From positions 18,228,001 to 18,292,000 of the forward strand of contig OZ281498.1 of the NCBI GenBank assembly GCA_965637545.1: a DNA stretch of 64,000 bases, given 5' to 3'. Below the pieces are notes generated by a model. It saw only the letters and a program-made list of their open reading frames with translations. It made no database searches and was not told the origin of the DNA. The DNA is from Phallusia mammillata. Taxonomy: Eukaryota. Below, piece after piece: positions 24,199 through 36,000 of this stretch (positions within the stretch are counted from its first letter, which is position 1; each line of letters starts with the position of its first letter). Both the position numbers and the translations under genes were made by a program.

Positions 24199-24415
24199 CA
24201 GTTGTTCTTAACCTTTTTTCCTTGCTGCACCCCTTTCAGATCACCAACCAATTTTCGCACCCCCTTTCAAATCACCAACCAATTTTCACTCCCCCTTTTG
24301 TAATTGCCTAAATAGAATAGAACTAACCAACCTTAATGATTCAGCATCCCCGCACCCCCTAGGAACAGTTCTCGCACCCCTTGGGGGTACGTGCACCCCA
24401 GGTTAAGAACCCCTG
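24199..24415. mobile_element. hAT-type MITE
   Basis: TIR CAGTTGTTCTTAACC...GGTTAAGAACCCCTG; perfect TSD CTCTAGGG at 24191-24198 and 24416-24423. Confidence 0.85.
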
Positions 24416-27400
24416 CTCTAGGGAAATCAGACATAACAGGTTAAAATTAGTTAAATTATCAAACGAGGTGGTTTCACATAGAAATTTAACGTGAATATAT
24501 GCATAAAGATGAGATACCTGCTGGTTAACAAAACCGCGCAAGAGCAACAATCTTTACCTGCTACAGAGCGTAAATATTACAACTTCTGCTGTAGAGTTTA
24601 CTTTTGTCATTAACTTTGTAATTTTACTCCAATAAAGATTGCATGCTGGTAGCAAGATTATCGTCAACTTACTCATTTCACAGTTTTGTCCACCAAATCC
24701 TTTAAGACAATAACACTTATAGTAATGTTCTGTGTTCACGCACGTTCCCCCGTTTTGGCACGGCTGAGTAGAGCAATACGGCAACACTATCAAAGGGAAT
24801 TAACAAATAGTTTAAGAATGTGGCCATGTTGGACCAGAGTTGTATGTGGGCCTAAAATTGTGAAGTTGTTATTTTGCAAAAACGTGTCTAAAAGTGCCTA
24901 ACGTTGTAAGTCGGACTGGGCTTTACGGACCGGGTTTGGGCTTAGGTCTCCTTAAAACGAGCCTGATGTGGGCCTGGATATTTAAGTAGCCAGTTGCTGG
25001 ACCTGACATAATATCAAAAAGCCTTAAATCGCATTTTAAATGACTAGACGTCTATTGTGTTGTTTTGGTTTTTCCTGAAGGCTACCATATATAGGTCTGT
25101 CAATCAAACTTTCGAGCATTAACGCGCATTTCTCAAAAACGATTTGGGTTTGGGTCGGGTTTCGTGCTTGTACTTTCGGCTTCGGACCTCGTTCGGGTTC
25201 CAATTTCATGCCCATTTACAACTCTGGGGCCTGTGTGAAGGGCTGGTCGAATCAAGCCCATTTGTTAAAATTAAAGTTGGAACCCGAAAACGTTTCGATT
25301 TGCCTGGCCCGACCCTGGACTTTTTTTACAGACATGCTTTCACAGCATTTTTTACAGACAAAACGGCACCAACCGGTTTCGCAAAATCTTCCTGTATATC
25401 GCTTCATACACGTGCAAGAAATCTCGTTCAAACTGTTCGTGCATTGACCGTGATCTCCACAAGAAGTAAAATCAACGCTTGGAGAATCTACATAAAAATA
25501 CAGTGCAAACATTTTTAGTTTAAAATACTTAACCTGCCTTACCTATGTCAACGTGTGAGATGCCAGAACTATTGACAAACTTGAATCCTTATTATACACG
25601 TAAGTATTTTTTTAAGGCACGTATCGTTTGCGTTGAACTATTTGCTTGATATGTCTGGCTCTTATTTAGTAAAATAGAATTATAGTTTTTCAGAGAACTG
25701 CTTCTCATATAAGTGTAATACTTTAATCACAAAAATGCGTCCGTCTCGGGCTTACTCTGATTTCAAAGCTTACCAAAATATGCTTTCCACTCCACAACAA
25801 CGTCTGATGCCACAGAATAGCATCGTCACCGTGTCTGGTTAGAGACGCAATGAAACCACCAGAACGAATTTCTTGCAGTTGTACGTTCACAAGATTTGAA
25901 ACTTGGCCACGTATTGACAAATCAACACCGAAAGCGATTTGACTTTTGCACGAGTCATACACAACCGTCAAATTCCTTGTGTTGGAAATCCATTTATTGT
26001 TATTTACAACTTTTTGCCCGGTTACGTAACCTAATTTGTTTGTAAAAGTACAATATGGGGATTAAAAACTAGCAACGATTTTGTTACATTTCATGGAGAT
26101 TGCCAAGCATGTTAAATAGAGACGGCAATTTGTAATTGGCCGTTAGGTATTTTGCCAAAAAAAATTAAATTTAGCCGTTTAAACAATTTGAATTAATGTT
26201 TGTGTTTATTAAACTTACTATTAGTGCAGTTTTGTCCTGTCAAACCTTCAGGGCACTGACATTGATAACTAGCTTCGTTCTCGGTACAGTTTCCACGATA
26301 ACATGGGGAGGGATAACAAAATTGAAGTCCTACAAAAAATAGTAGAAAACGACCGAGATATTTTTTTTAAAAACCAAACAGATTAAGAATCAAAAAAGCC
26401 TAACGTGGAATTAAAAAACGATTTAGCTCAATCAATTTTCTGTTCTTTCATTCTTAATTATATAGTTTAGTTATATACATCAGTGGATGTATATGTTGCT
26501 AAATATTTGTAGATTTTTAAAGACCGGTCCGCGATGTAATGTTAGTTTCAAAAACGGTCGGCTGTGCAAAAAAAGGTTGCCGACCCTGATATGTTTGTCG
26601 TTTCCTTTAAAGTATTAAACAGCGATTAACTTCTTTTCCTGAGGCTGCTTCTCCGATAGTTTATTTAAAAAGCAAAACAATCAACAGCCCTAAAACGATG
26701 AATAACTAAGTCCTTTTACTTAAAACATAATTTAAAACTTACGCTTTTCACAAAATTCTCCCGTATACCCAGGTATGCAATTACAAATTCTTCCAGCTGG
26801 ACTATTTTTGCAGCTGTAATCATGAACACATGGCGAATGTCGAAAATAATAAGAATCTACAAAACAATAGGTAAAAATGTTTCACCAGAGTTACTTTAGT
26901 GAGATAAAAGAAAGTGTGCTCTAACAGCGGTGAGATTTTGCGTACAAAGGTATACAATTGTTTAAAATAAAGTACACTACAAGAAAACTTTTCGTGATCT
27001 TTTTTCAATCGTTTGAAAGTTGATACATATGAATTTGAACCTATTGCTAAAACAGGTAAAAGTAAACACTTATATGATAATGTGGTAAAGTTAAATTACA
27101 TATGTGAGTTTCATGATGAATCTCTTAATCGTCTATACCAAACATTGCTTGATAACGAAGATTCACGTTGAATTGACTCCTTTCAAAATCATCACGATCA
27201 GTTCTCCATATTTTGACCTTAAAACCCCATGGATATATACCAAGCACTGATGAGTTAAACGCGTCGGGCAAAGTGCTTGACCCCCTGACGCTCGTTTCCA
27301 CTCGTATTGCAGTTCCGGTGAGACATTCATCATATGAAATGTTTCGTATTAAAATGAACGGAGGTTCAAACACATAGTGAGGTGGAATCACAACAACATC

Positions 27401-27819
27401 ACGAAGTTCTGGCTCTGCAAAAAAATGCAGGTTATTTGTTTGTTTCTATTCATATAGTTCATGCGTATGATGCAACTCTATTCAACCCGAAATAAGTTTT
27501 TTTTCCAGTTTTGACTTTTGAAACCAAAAACTTTTATCATTTATGAGTTTCAGCATCAAAAAAATTGATTTGTGTTCAAAAATCAATAATAGCAATGTTT
27601 GCAAATGCAGCATGCAGAGTACATAGGAAATAGGGAGGACACCAGTTCCAATAGGTAGGAGGAAATTACAAATGGTTTTCAAAGTATTGTATTGTTTCCT
27701 GTTACTAAACATTTTGGCCGGTACTAAAGATTTGGTATGGTTTTGTTTGCATGTCATTGGAAACATGAAACATCCTGAATTGTGCTACATGTGGAACTGT
27801 TTAAATAGTTGGTATAAAA

Positions 27820-28701
27820 CATTTTTTTATCAGGCCGAAACCCTATTCTACTTTTCTCGCTTTCGTTGACCCTCAATTAATAGATATTTTATTTACTGAT
27901 GCAAAACCAGCATTCTTAACATATTTTGCAAACAAAGTCACGATTATAAACCAAACAAGGCAGTTACTTCAGTTATTAATTGCACAAAAAGACTGTAAAT
28001 TAAACAAAGTAGGCCTAAGCACCGAATCAAATTAATCACTATATACTCGACAACAGTGCAGAATCACGAAAGATCCGGTGTCGAAATCGTTTGCTGCACA
28101 TTTGTACTCTAAAGGACATCCGTCGAACCACTGTTTTGGCGTAGGCCAGCGGTTCTTAACCTTTCTGTAGTCACGGACCCCTTTTATAAATTTTGTAAGT
28201 CTGCGGACACCCAACGCAATTTACCACAAGTCTTTTTATGTTTCACGATTCTTGCATTATACCCTGTCATGCTTTTGAAGCATTTAAATCCGCCTTCACA
28301 CAGTCCTTTAAAATCAATATCAATGACGTTTCTGTATTGTAGTGGCCAACGCATCGAATTGATAATATTTCTGGTATATATAACTTGACAAATCACTTGT
28401 CCTATAAAGTCTATTCTCCATATGTGTTATGATAACGCAATAGGAAAGACAATCACAAAAAGTAATTGTTCTTGGCATAATTATAGTGTATTAAACAGTG
28501 TGCATTCGTATGTAGGATTGTAAAAACGGTAGAGAAACTTATAAATATTCTTCTGTTGTTTAATGATACTTAACATATTTCCCTCTGTGAATCCCCTGAA
28601 ACCGTCTGACGGACCCCTCGGGGGTCCGCGAACCCCAGGTTAAGAACCACTGGCGTAGGCGAACCCCTGGGGTTCGCTCGAACATAGTTTAAGAAACACT
28701 G
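27820..28701. mobile_element. Outer hAT-type MITE of a nested pair, in intron 1 of gene C
   Basis: TSD GTATAAAA at 27812-27819 and 28702-28709; right TIR GTTTAAGAAACACTG; left TIR degenerate; absent from the paralogous intron 1 of gene B. Confidence 0.7.
28147..28652. mobile_element. Inner hAT-type MITE (nested)
   Basis: TIR CAGCGGTTCTTAACC...GGTTAAGAACCACTG; perfect TSD GCGTAGGC at 28139-28146 and 28653-28660. Confidence 0.88.
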
Positions 28702-29173
28702 GTATAAAAACGATGTAACATGATAAAATGGTTTAGCTTTGTTACATTAACCCAAACGTGTTTTATTTAATATTGATGCTTGCCTCGTGGTTTCCTCGTG
28801 GTTTTATCACAAATCAGTCATAAAATGGTTTGAAAAGTTCCAAAAATATTATTTTACACGAAAATGCATTTATAGCATGTAATTTACATGTACACTTTAC
28901 AAATAAACTCACCTTTTATGCAAATTCCCAGTTCAGCAAAGGCAAGTAACGATAACAACTTGTAGATAAACGACATGTTTTACCTTTCCTGCAAACTAGT
29001 CACAATAAATGCGATCGAAAAACGCGCTCAAATCTTTCTCTCGATCAAACTTTTTTCTTTGATATTTATATCTGCTCTGATCACTTACCGTAACGTTATG
29101 TTTCTGTGCTTCAGATATATCCGAATTATGACATGAATTTTCAAGGATTTTGTACTGTTTGACAAACATTTTT

Positions 29174-29682
29174 CAAGTTTATGGAGCTCTTCTGGCACTT
29201 CTATTTTTTTCCGACGTTTCGCCGTCCTATACAGGTCGCTTTCATCAGGGTAAATAACACAGAATGCGTCCAGTGCAGTGCACAGATAAACAAAGGAAAA
29301 ACGAATTAAAGCCAAGCACGTCACAACGCAACGAGAACACCGCGCGATAGCAAATGATTGGGCCTATAATCTTTAAGCACGTGCCTAGTAGCACGCTGAA
29401 AGCATCACGCCTGTTTTGGCGTTCATTGAGTTGTCCCGTTGGTGAATATTCCATGAATCAAGAAATAGTCTTTTCCTGTAGTCAGGCTCCCGGGCCACAA
29501 CAAACGCCGCATTGAAATCAATACGGTGGCCACACGGTGGTGATACCGCATGATTGAAAAAAGCCGACTTCTTAGCGTCGCTGAAGACGACCTGTATAGG
29601 ACGTCGAAACGTCGGAATAAAAATACAATTGCCAGAAGATCTCTATAAATTTGATATTATGCCTGGCAGCAACAGCTTATAT
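29174..29682. mobile_element. Family-1 element with two hammerhead motifs in opposite orientation
   Basis: Minus-strand core at 29213-29248 (CTGATGA...GAAACGTC) and plus-strand core at 29581-29613 (CTGAAGA...GAAACGTC), each followed by the same conserved tail; degenerate TSD AAACATTTTT / AAACCTCTTT. Confidence 0.65.
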
Positions 29683-30030
29683 AAACCTCTTTCACACCTC
29701 TTTTACTCCAAGCACGTTTATTGCCCAATGAAACAAAACGTTAGGGCACAAAAAATCACCAGTAATTTGTTATAATTTGGATATGCAGTGTTAAAGAATG
29801 AATATTGCCGGCAAATGCGTGAAATGATAAATAGCAGTAAAAAATACATCGTGACAAGAATGAAAGGACAAAATAAAAATGCTAAACGTGGGTTTAATTT
29901 GCGCACAAATTTATTTGTTTCATATAGCAAAATGTGATAAAATCAAAAACACCTGTTTCCAGCAAAGTCGCATAATATATGTTTGTAAAATACATATAAA
30001 GGATTCCATCTATGCAAAGCGTATCCACTA

Positions 30031-33000
30031 TTAAACCACTGCAAGGTTGCTGGTATCTACCAGGGAAAGGTCTAAAAATATAAAAAAATAAATCAGTTTA
30101 CATTTTCGGCTTATACTGGAATTAATTTTTAACCAAATTTAGAATATTCTTCCCCAGTATTCACTTTTTGACGCAATTAATTGTCAAACACACCCATTAA
30201 CAGACATCTAATAAACCGATACGTTGCTATATTTACCAATCGAGCATTTCCTCCCAATAAACCCATTCAAACATTCGCAGTAAAATCCTCGATTCGGGAC
30301 ATTTGAACATATCCCACCATTAAGACATGGATTAGGTTGACAAAGATCCACTGAAAATCAAGGTAAATTGGAGTACTTATTTAGCCGTAAATTTTAATGT
30401 ATGTGGTTCTACTTGTGGCGTCTGATTAAATTAAGCGTCTGATTAAATCAGCTCTAAATAAGACTTTTAAGCCCCATGTTGGTTTGGCACGTAAGTTCTG
30501 TTTGTCGTATGTAAACAACACGTTGAGAGCAGAATCAGCAGTTTCACACGTTGAGAGCAGAATCAGCAATTTTCTCCAAAAAATAAAATGTAATCTGATT
30601 GAAAATTTTCTGTGACTTGGTTTGTACTAACAATGTAATAAAATACGTTTTATAAAAGGTTTATTTACCTGTTTCACATCTAGATCCTATGAACCCAAGG
30701 GGACAAGAACACTTCAATCCATCCAAAGTGTTTTGACAAGTTCCATTGTTTTCACAAACATCGTTTTTGAATGCACTTTCACCTGATTCAGTAAAATAAG
30801 TAAAACTGTTATTTTATAAAGAAAATTCAGTGTGAAAAACCACTAAATCTGTCGCTATGTTTTATTTGTTTTATCAAAACAAATGCATTTCGCTATAAAA
30901 AGCATCATCAGTGTCTAAAAACAAAATAAAAAGCGGGATAAGAGCAAAAAATGCAAAAAACACACACCACCAGAGGAACCGCGGACAGAAAAATTGGATA
31001 TTTGTGAAAACAAATGGCTAATTTTAACCGGCGCCACAATAAATGTTCAAGCGATGGTCCTTCCGGCAGTTCGTTAACTGCAATCGCTTTGTTGTTGCAA
31101 TCGTGTTTGTTTTTTCGTTTTGCGCCCTTATCTTTTCCTCGCCTTTTTTCGTGTGTTTTATCAACGCCATACCTGCCGGTCTGCATTTGCAGTCCTGTAA
31201 GACAGAGGAAAGGCTTTTTGCGGTTGGTCTGGTGGTGTGTGTTTTTTGCATTTTTTGCTCTTATCCCGCTTTTTATTTTGTTTTTAGACACTGATGATGC
31301 TTTTTATAGCGAAATGCATTTGTTTTGATAAAACAAATAAAACATAGCGACAGATTTAGTGGTTTTTCACACTGAATTTTCTTCATCTGATTTTAATGAC
31401 CCTGAATCGTCGCGGTCGTTTTACTTGAAAGGAGATTTCAATAATAAGAAAAGAATTACTCTGTTATTTTATAGTTTCATTCTTTAGTTTTGGACTCTAA
31501 TTGTATGGACATTATCTGTCAAAGTGATTTTACCAAAATATGCTTTCCAATGTACGATTGGTGTTGCTCGGCCCAAATTGGAAAATTCATCTGTTCTCAT
31601 GACCACAGCATCAAATCCATATGGTTTGATTTTTATTCTAACGGCCTCAAACCAATAGAGCGGACTCGAAACCATGGCGGTAACTTTTTTGGCTAGTCCC
31701 CGATGGCAACTATCAAAAATCACTTTGATCGATTTTCTGTTTCGGTCAACTAAATTTAGGCCAACAGCGTAACTTCCGTTGAAAATTTCTGCAACACATA
31801 ACGTCAATGAGATGTTTTTAAATAAACTCCTGGACAATCAACCGTTCTTGGTTTTTACGTGGATGATATTTGGTAAATTACATTTAAGTCCCTAATAATG
31901 TACTCAAATTGATCGACTACAACTTTAATATTAGGAGAAGTCATTTTTCACGTCACAATATTGCCTGTTTAGCACCTTTACGAAAAAATATGATTAAAAA
32001 CTAGGAGAGGCTCATACAAAACATACTTAATGAGCAATCGTTCCACGCGTACCCCTCTTTGCAAGAACACCTGTATCCATTTTTTCTATCCCGGCACAGG
32101 CCACCATTCTTGCATGGTTGTCTAGAACAGTTGCGAATTTCTGAAGTTAAGAATCTGTTAACTAAACCAAACTCTCAACGAAATACCTGACGTTTGGTTT
32201 TACCTTCTTGGCAGAATGTTCCTTTATACCGTGAAGTACAATTGCAGGTATACCCATTTTTGTTCGATATTATACACTGAGCACCGTTTTGACAAGGGTT
32301 GGTGGTAAAATTGCTTGATTCTGTCAATAAAATAATTACTAACATTTTGGAACAGATCTATACAGCCAGACAGTAAATTGAAAAACATGACAAATCGTTG
32401 TGGACAGCAAACAATAATACTGTTGTTTTCTCTTTAGTGTATTTAGTCACGGTTTATTGCTAAAAGAACACAGTAAACTGTTTCGTAAAACTGTCTACGA
32501 TAACCACATACCATTAAAAACAGCAATATAACGGATTACTAACCAAAGTGGGCTGTAAACTGCATCGAAAGTTGATCATAATATCTGCCCCTTGCGTAAT
32601 ATGTCCGACGCACAGCAATTTTAAATCCATTTCTGTACACATTCATAAGTTCTACGTCGTAGTCTCTTGGAAAGTTTCCCAGGTTGGTTAGTTCTGTTGT
32701 AACTCTAGTTGGTTGTTGGTTGTAGCATTCGTCGAAAAGAAACAAATGATGTACCCATGAAACATGCGATCGTTCGGCTTCGAAATGACGGACGCCCTGC
32801 ACATAACCTTAACACAAAAATCGGCGATGTTTTATGTTTTAACCTGAAGTCAAGTATTATGAGCAACTGAGTGACATAATATTGTAAAGAAAATGATATT
32901 TCTGCTTCTAAATGCATTTCTAAATGAAAATGACATTTCTGCTTCTAAATGGTTGGTAATATATTCTGCGATGTAGTGAAACAATACATTGTTACAGTTT

Positions 33001-36000
33001 TCATCATTTGGTGCAGCAATTAGGTACAGAACTTATTTGGTTCAATTTTGATTACTTAAAGATCAAATTAAGTTTTTTAAACGAGCTAATTTACATCACA
33101 AAGGTTTTGTAATTGCACTTACAGCATTACAAGAATAGTTTTAAGAATCATGATTTTCACACACAATTTTTCTACTGGAATTTCTCTGCAGGAATCTTTT
33201 TGTGGCATATGTCATTGTAGAAATAAAGCAAAAAAGATTTAAACTGAGTCGGTTCGTAAATTTTATCTATGTTACCAACCTTTTTCACAGTTAAGACCCT
33301 CAAGTCCTTCTACACACTGGCACCTGTAGTAATTCTCTGTATCCACACACGTTCCCCCATTTTTGCATGGTTGTGTATTGCAATAAGGCAGCTCTGTCAT
33401 TACAACAAAAATACCTAATATTTGCATTACAGAAAAATATCAGATTGTTTGCAAAAGTGACCAACCAGTCTCACAAGAACTTCCTGTAAAACGTCCATTG
33501 CAATTGCAAATATTTCTCTCCAAGGTGTTTGTACATTGACCATTGTATGAACATACATTTGAATTGACAGTTGGAGTATCTACAGGAGATAAAAAGTATT
33601 GTGATTATTGTGGTACACCAGAATAACTGAAAAAAAGTGAAGACTTTTTATTTCAGCAGGTAAAGGTACGTTTTTTTAAAAAATAACAATAAAATTAACA
33701 GAAAAATGGATTTAAATTCAACGAACGGCAGATCTTTTATTAGCCTGCAGGACGTTGTTTTAGTAAATGGTAATATCATATTTTTGGAAAAAAAATCCTG
33801 TAAATCTTTACCAAAATATGCTTTCCAATCAACAACAACTTCAATCAGATCCCACTTGATTGTAGGATTACTGCGTCTGGTAAGGGACGCAATGAAACCA
33901 CCGGTACGAATTTCCTGTAGTTCAAAATCAACAAAATTCGTTACTTGACCACGTATGGACAAGTCGACCATGGAAGCATTTTTTGGTTTGCATGACTGGT
34001 ACACCACAGTCAAACTGTTCAAGTTTGAAATCCAGTCGTTGTTATTGGCAACTTTTTCTCCAGTCACATAAACTTGAAGATAAAAAATTATCACATTAAT
34101 ATTGTGTTTGTGTAGATACAAATACTTACGAAAGCTTTAGAATGATTCAAGAAATATTGTTTATTTTCTTCACTAAAAAACCTAAGCCGCTCCCAGAGAC
34201 GAATCCCAAACAAGTTTTGTGTATAGGTCTGCATATATAAGCAAGACGCGCCGAACCATTCGGCCTAGTTTTTACTGAATTATCTCTGCTGCCATCTAAC
34301 GAACCAAATTCCAAAAGGTGTAACAAATTTCTTGACCAGTACAGCGACGGTTTAGCTTTTATAATGTTTCGAAACAAGTTGTTAAGTTTCATTACGAATT
34401 CTCTATGGGCCGAAACGAAATAGAAAACAAACTATAATCCTTCAAATGCAAAATTGCATTCGGACATATTACAGTATTTTTACTATCATAAAAGTAGATT
34501 ATGCTTGGTCTAAGTAACAGATATGTTAATGAACTTACTAATGGTGCAGTTTTGTCCTGTCAAACCTTCAGGACACTGACATCGGTAGCTGGTTTCGTTC
34601 TCGATGCATTTTCCACGATAACAGGGCGAAGGAAAGCAAAATTGAAGTCCTACAAAAATAAAGCAAACACTGACCCCCATAAATTATTGCAATCAAGTTT
34701 AAAAACAAGTGTAAGTTCTTCAAGGGTGAAGCCTGTAATAGTTTAAATAGCAAATCGCGCTGTGACGAGCTTGCGTTTAATTCTTTCTCCTTTGTTTATC
34801 GTGCACTGTACTAGTCGCATTCAGTGTTATTTACCCTGATGAAGGCGACCTGCATAGGAGGTCGAAACGTCGGTATAAAAATACAATTGCCGAAAGAGTT
34901 CTACAAATTTGATATTATGCCTGGCAGCAACAGCTTAACAGCTTATATACGGTACAGTTAAAATAACTTTTTCAGCGTACCTCGACGGGCATTTTTTTAC
35001 TTTTAATGTTGTTGTGCAGCGGTTTTAATATTTCCAGACTACTGTAGGACTAAAACGATTTTTCGTTTCGTTTCCAACCACTAAAAGTTTCGAAAAGATG
35101 GGCACAGTACTTGTCTACGAAAACCAAAAAGATTATTGTTTCGTACGCCTATCGCATAAGTCTCCGCCAAAACCATCCATACAATAACACTTTCTTCCAG
35201 CTGATGGACTGTTCGCACATTTGTGGCTGTTAACACACGGCGGGTTTCGAAAGTTGAAAGTATCTGTGAGAAAATAATATTATTTTTACCAATAATTTTT
35301 AAATGCCAAAAGACTAGTCTTCAATAATAAACAAAAATGAAATGTTGCAACTTATTTAAAAATCATTTTTCAAGTATTAATCAGAAATTACCTACCAAAT
35401 AATGCATCATAATAAAGAAATATTCCATTCTTTTTCCACGCGAATTCGCTACCATAATTTCTCCACACCTTGACCCGAAACCCCCATGGGTATGTTCCTA
35501 TCACGGATGAGTTAAAAACGGCTGGCAAATACCTAGACCCGCACACCCGAGTCACTACTCGTAACACATTTCCCGAAAAACATCGACGAAATGTGATGTT
35601 GCTCACCAAACTGAATGGAGGCTTATACGCATTGATTGCTGGGAGCCTCACTCTTTTATGAAGAGATGGTTCTGTAAAAAAAAAATTAAAGGGCAACTTT
35701 GCTACTTTAGAACAGTATATACGGATCTATTCATAAGTTTAATAGTGAAAATAACGGCATGTCGTTTTTTTACGTCTATTTGGGCCGTTATTTTCACCAT
35801 TAAACTTTGCTACAAACTGGTAAAAAGTAAAGAGCACAACAAAGTTTGTTTGTTTAAGTAAAGTTTTGGTTACAGAAACTAAAATTTGTGTTGTAATGCT
35901 AAAGCTAGTGTTTATTGTCTCAAGCAATTAGATACATTGGAGCAAATACTGTACAAAAACACTGACCGACTTCGCAATGAAGCCCCCTGAATCTTTCGCT

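Larger units (their letters stand above)
21370..28976 (-). pseudogene. Gene C: signal peptide + 4x[D + EGF + EGF] + tail, with a 4-nt frameshifting deletion in the second D exon (pseudogene, null allele or assembly error)
   Basis: Exons: SP 28913-28976 (MSFIYKLLSLLAFAELGICIKG); D 27139-27414; EGF 26743-26856, 26219-26329; D 25774-26030 (257 nt versus 261 nt in B; CATCAGACGTTG versus CATCTGATTGATGTTG); EGF 25374-25487, 24673-24786; D 23762-24022; EGF 22974-23090, 22792-22905; D 22225-22488; EGF 21975-22088, 21580-21693; terminal 21370-21404 (DITQIENNNST*). All other exons read as intact. Confidence 0.75.

Noticed and set aside
24905-25320. Defined transposon from CCCGA/GGGTT-rich segments (also ~12590-12720 and ~14260-14420)
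   Set aside because: Probably repeat-derived, but I could not establish termini or TSDs.
30908-31328. Overlapping 75-127-aa ORFs
   Set aside because: They lie in the low-complexity inverted-repeat element inside an intron and show no recognisable motif.
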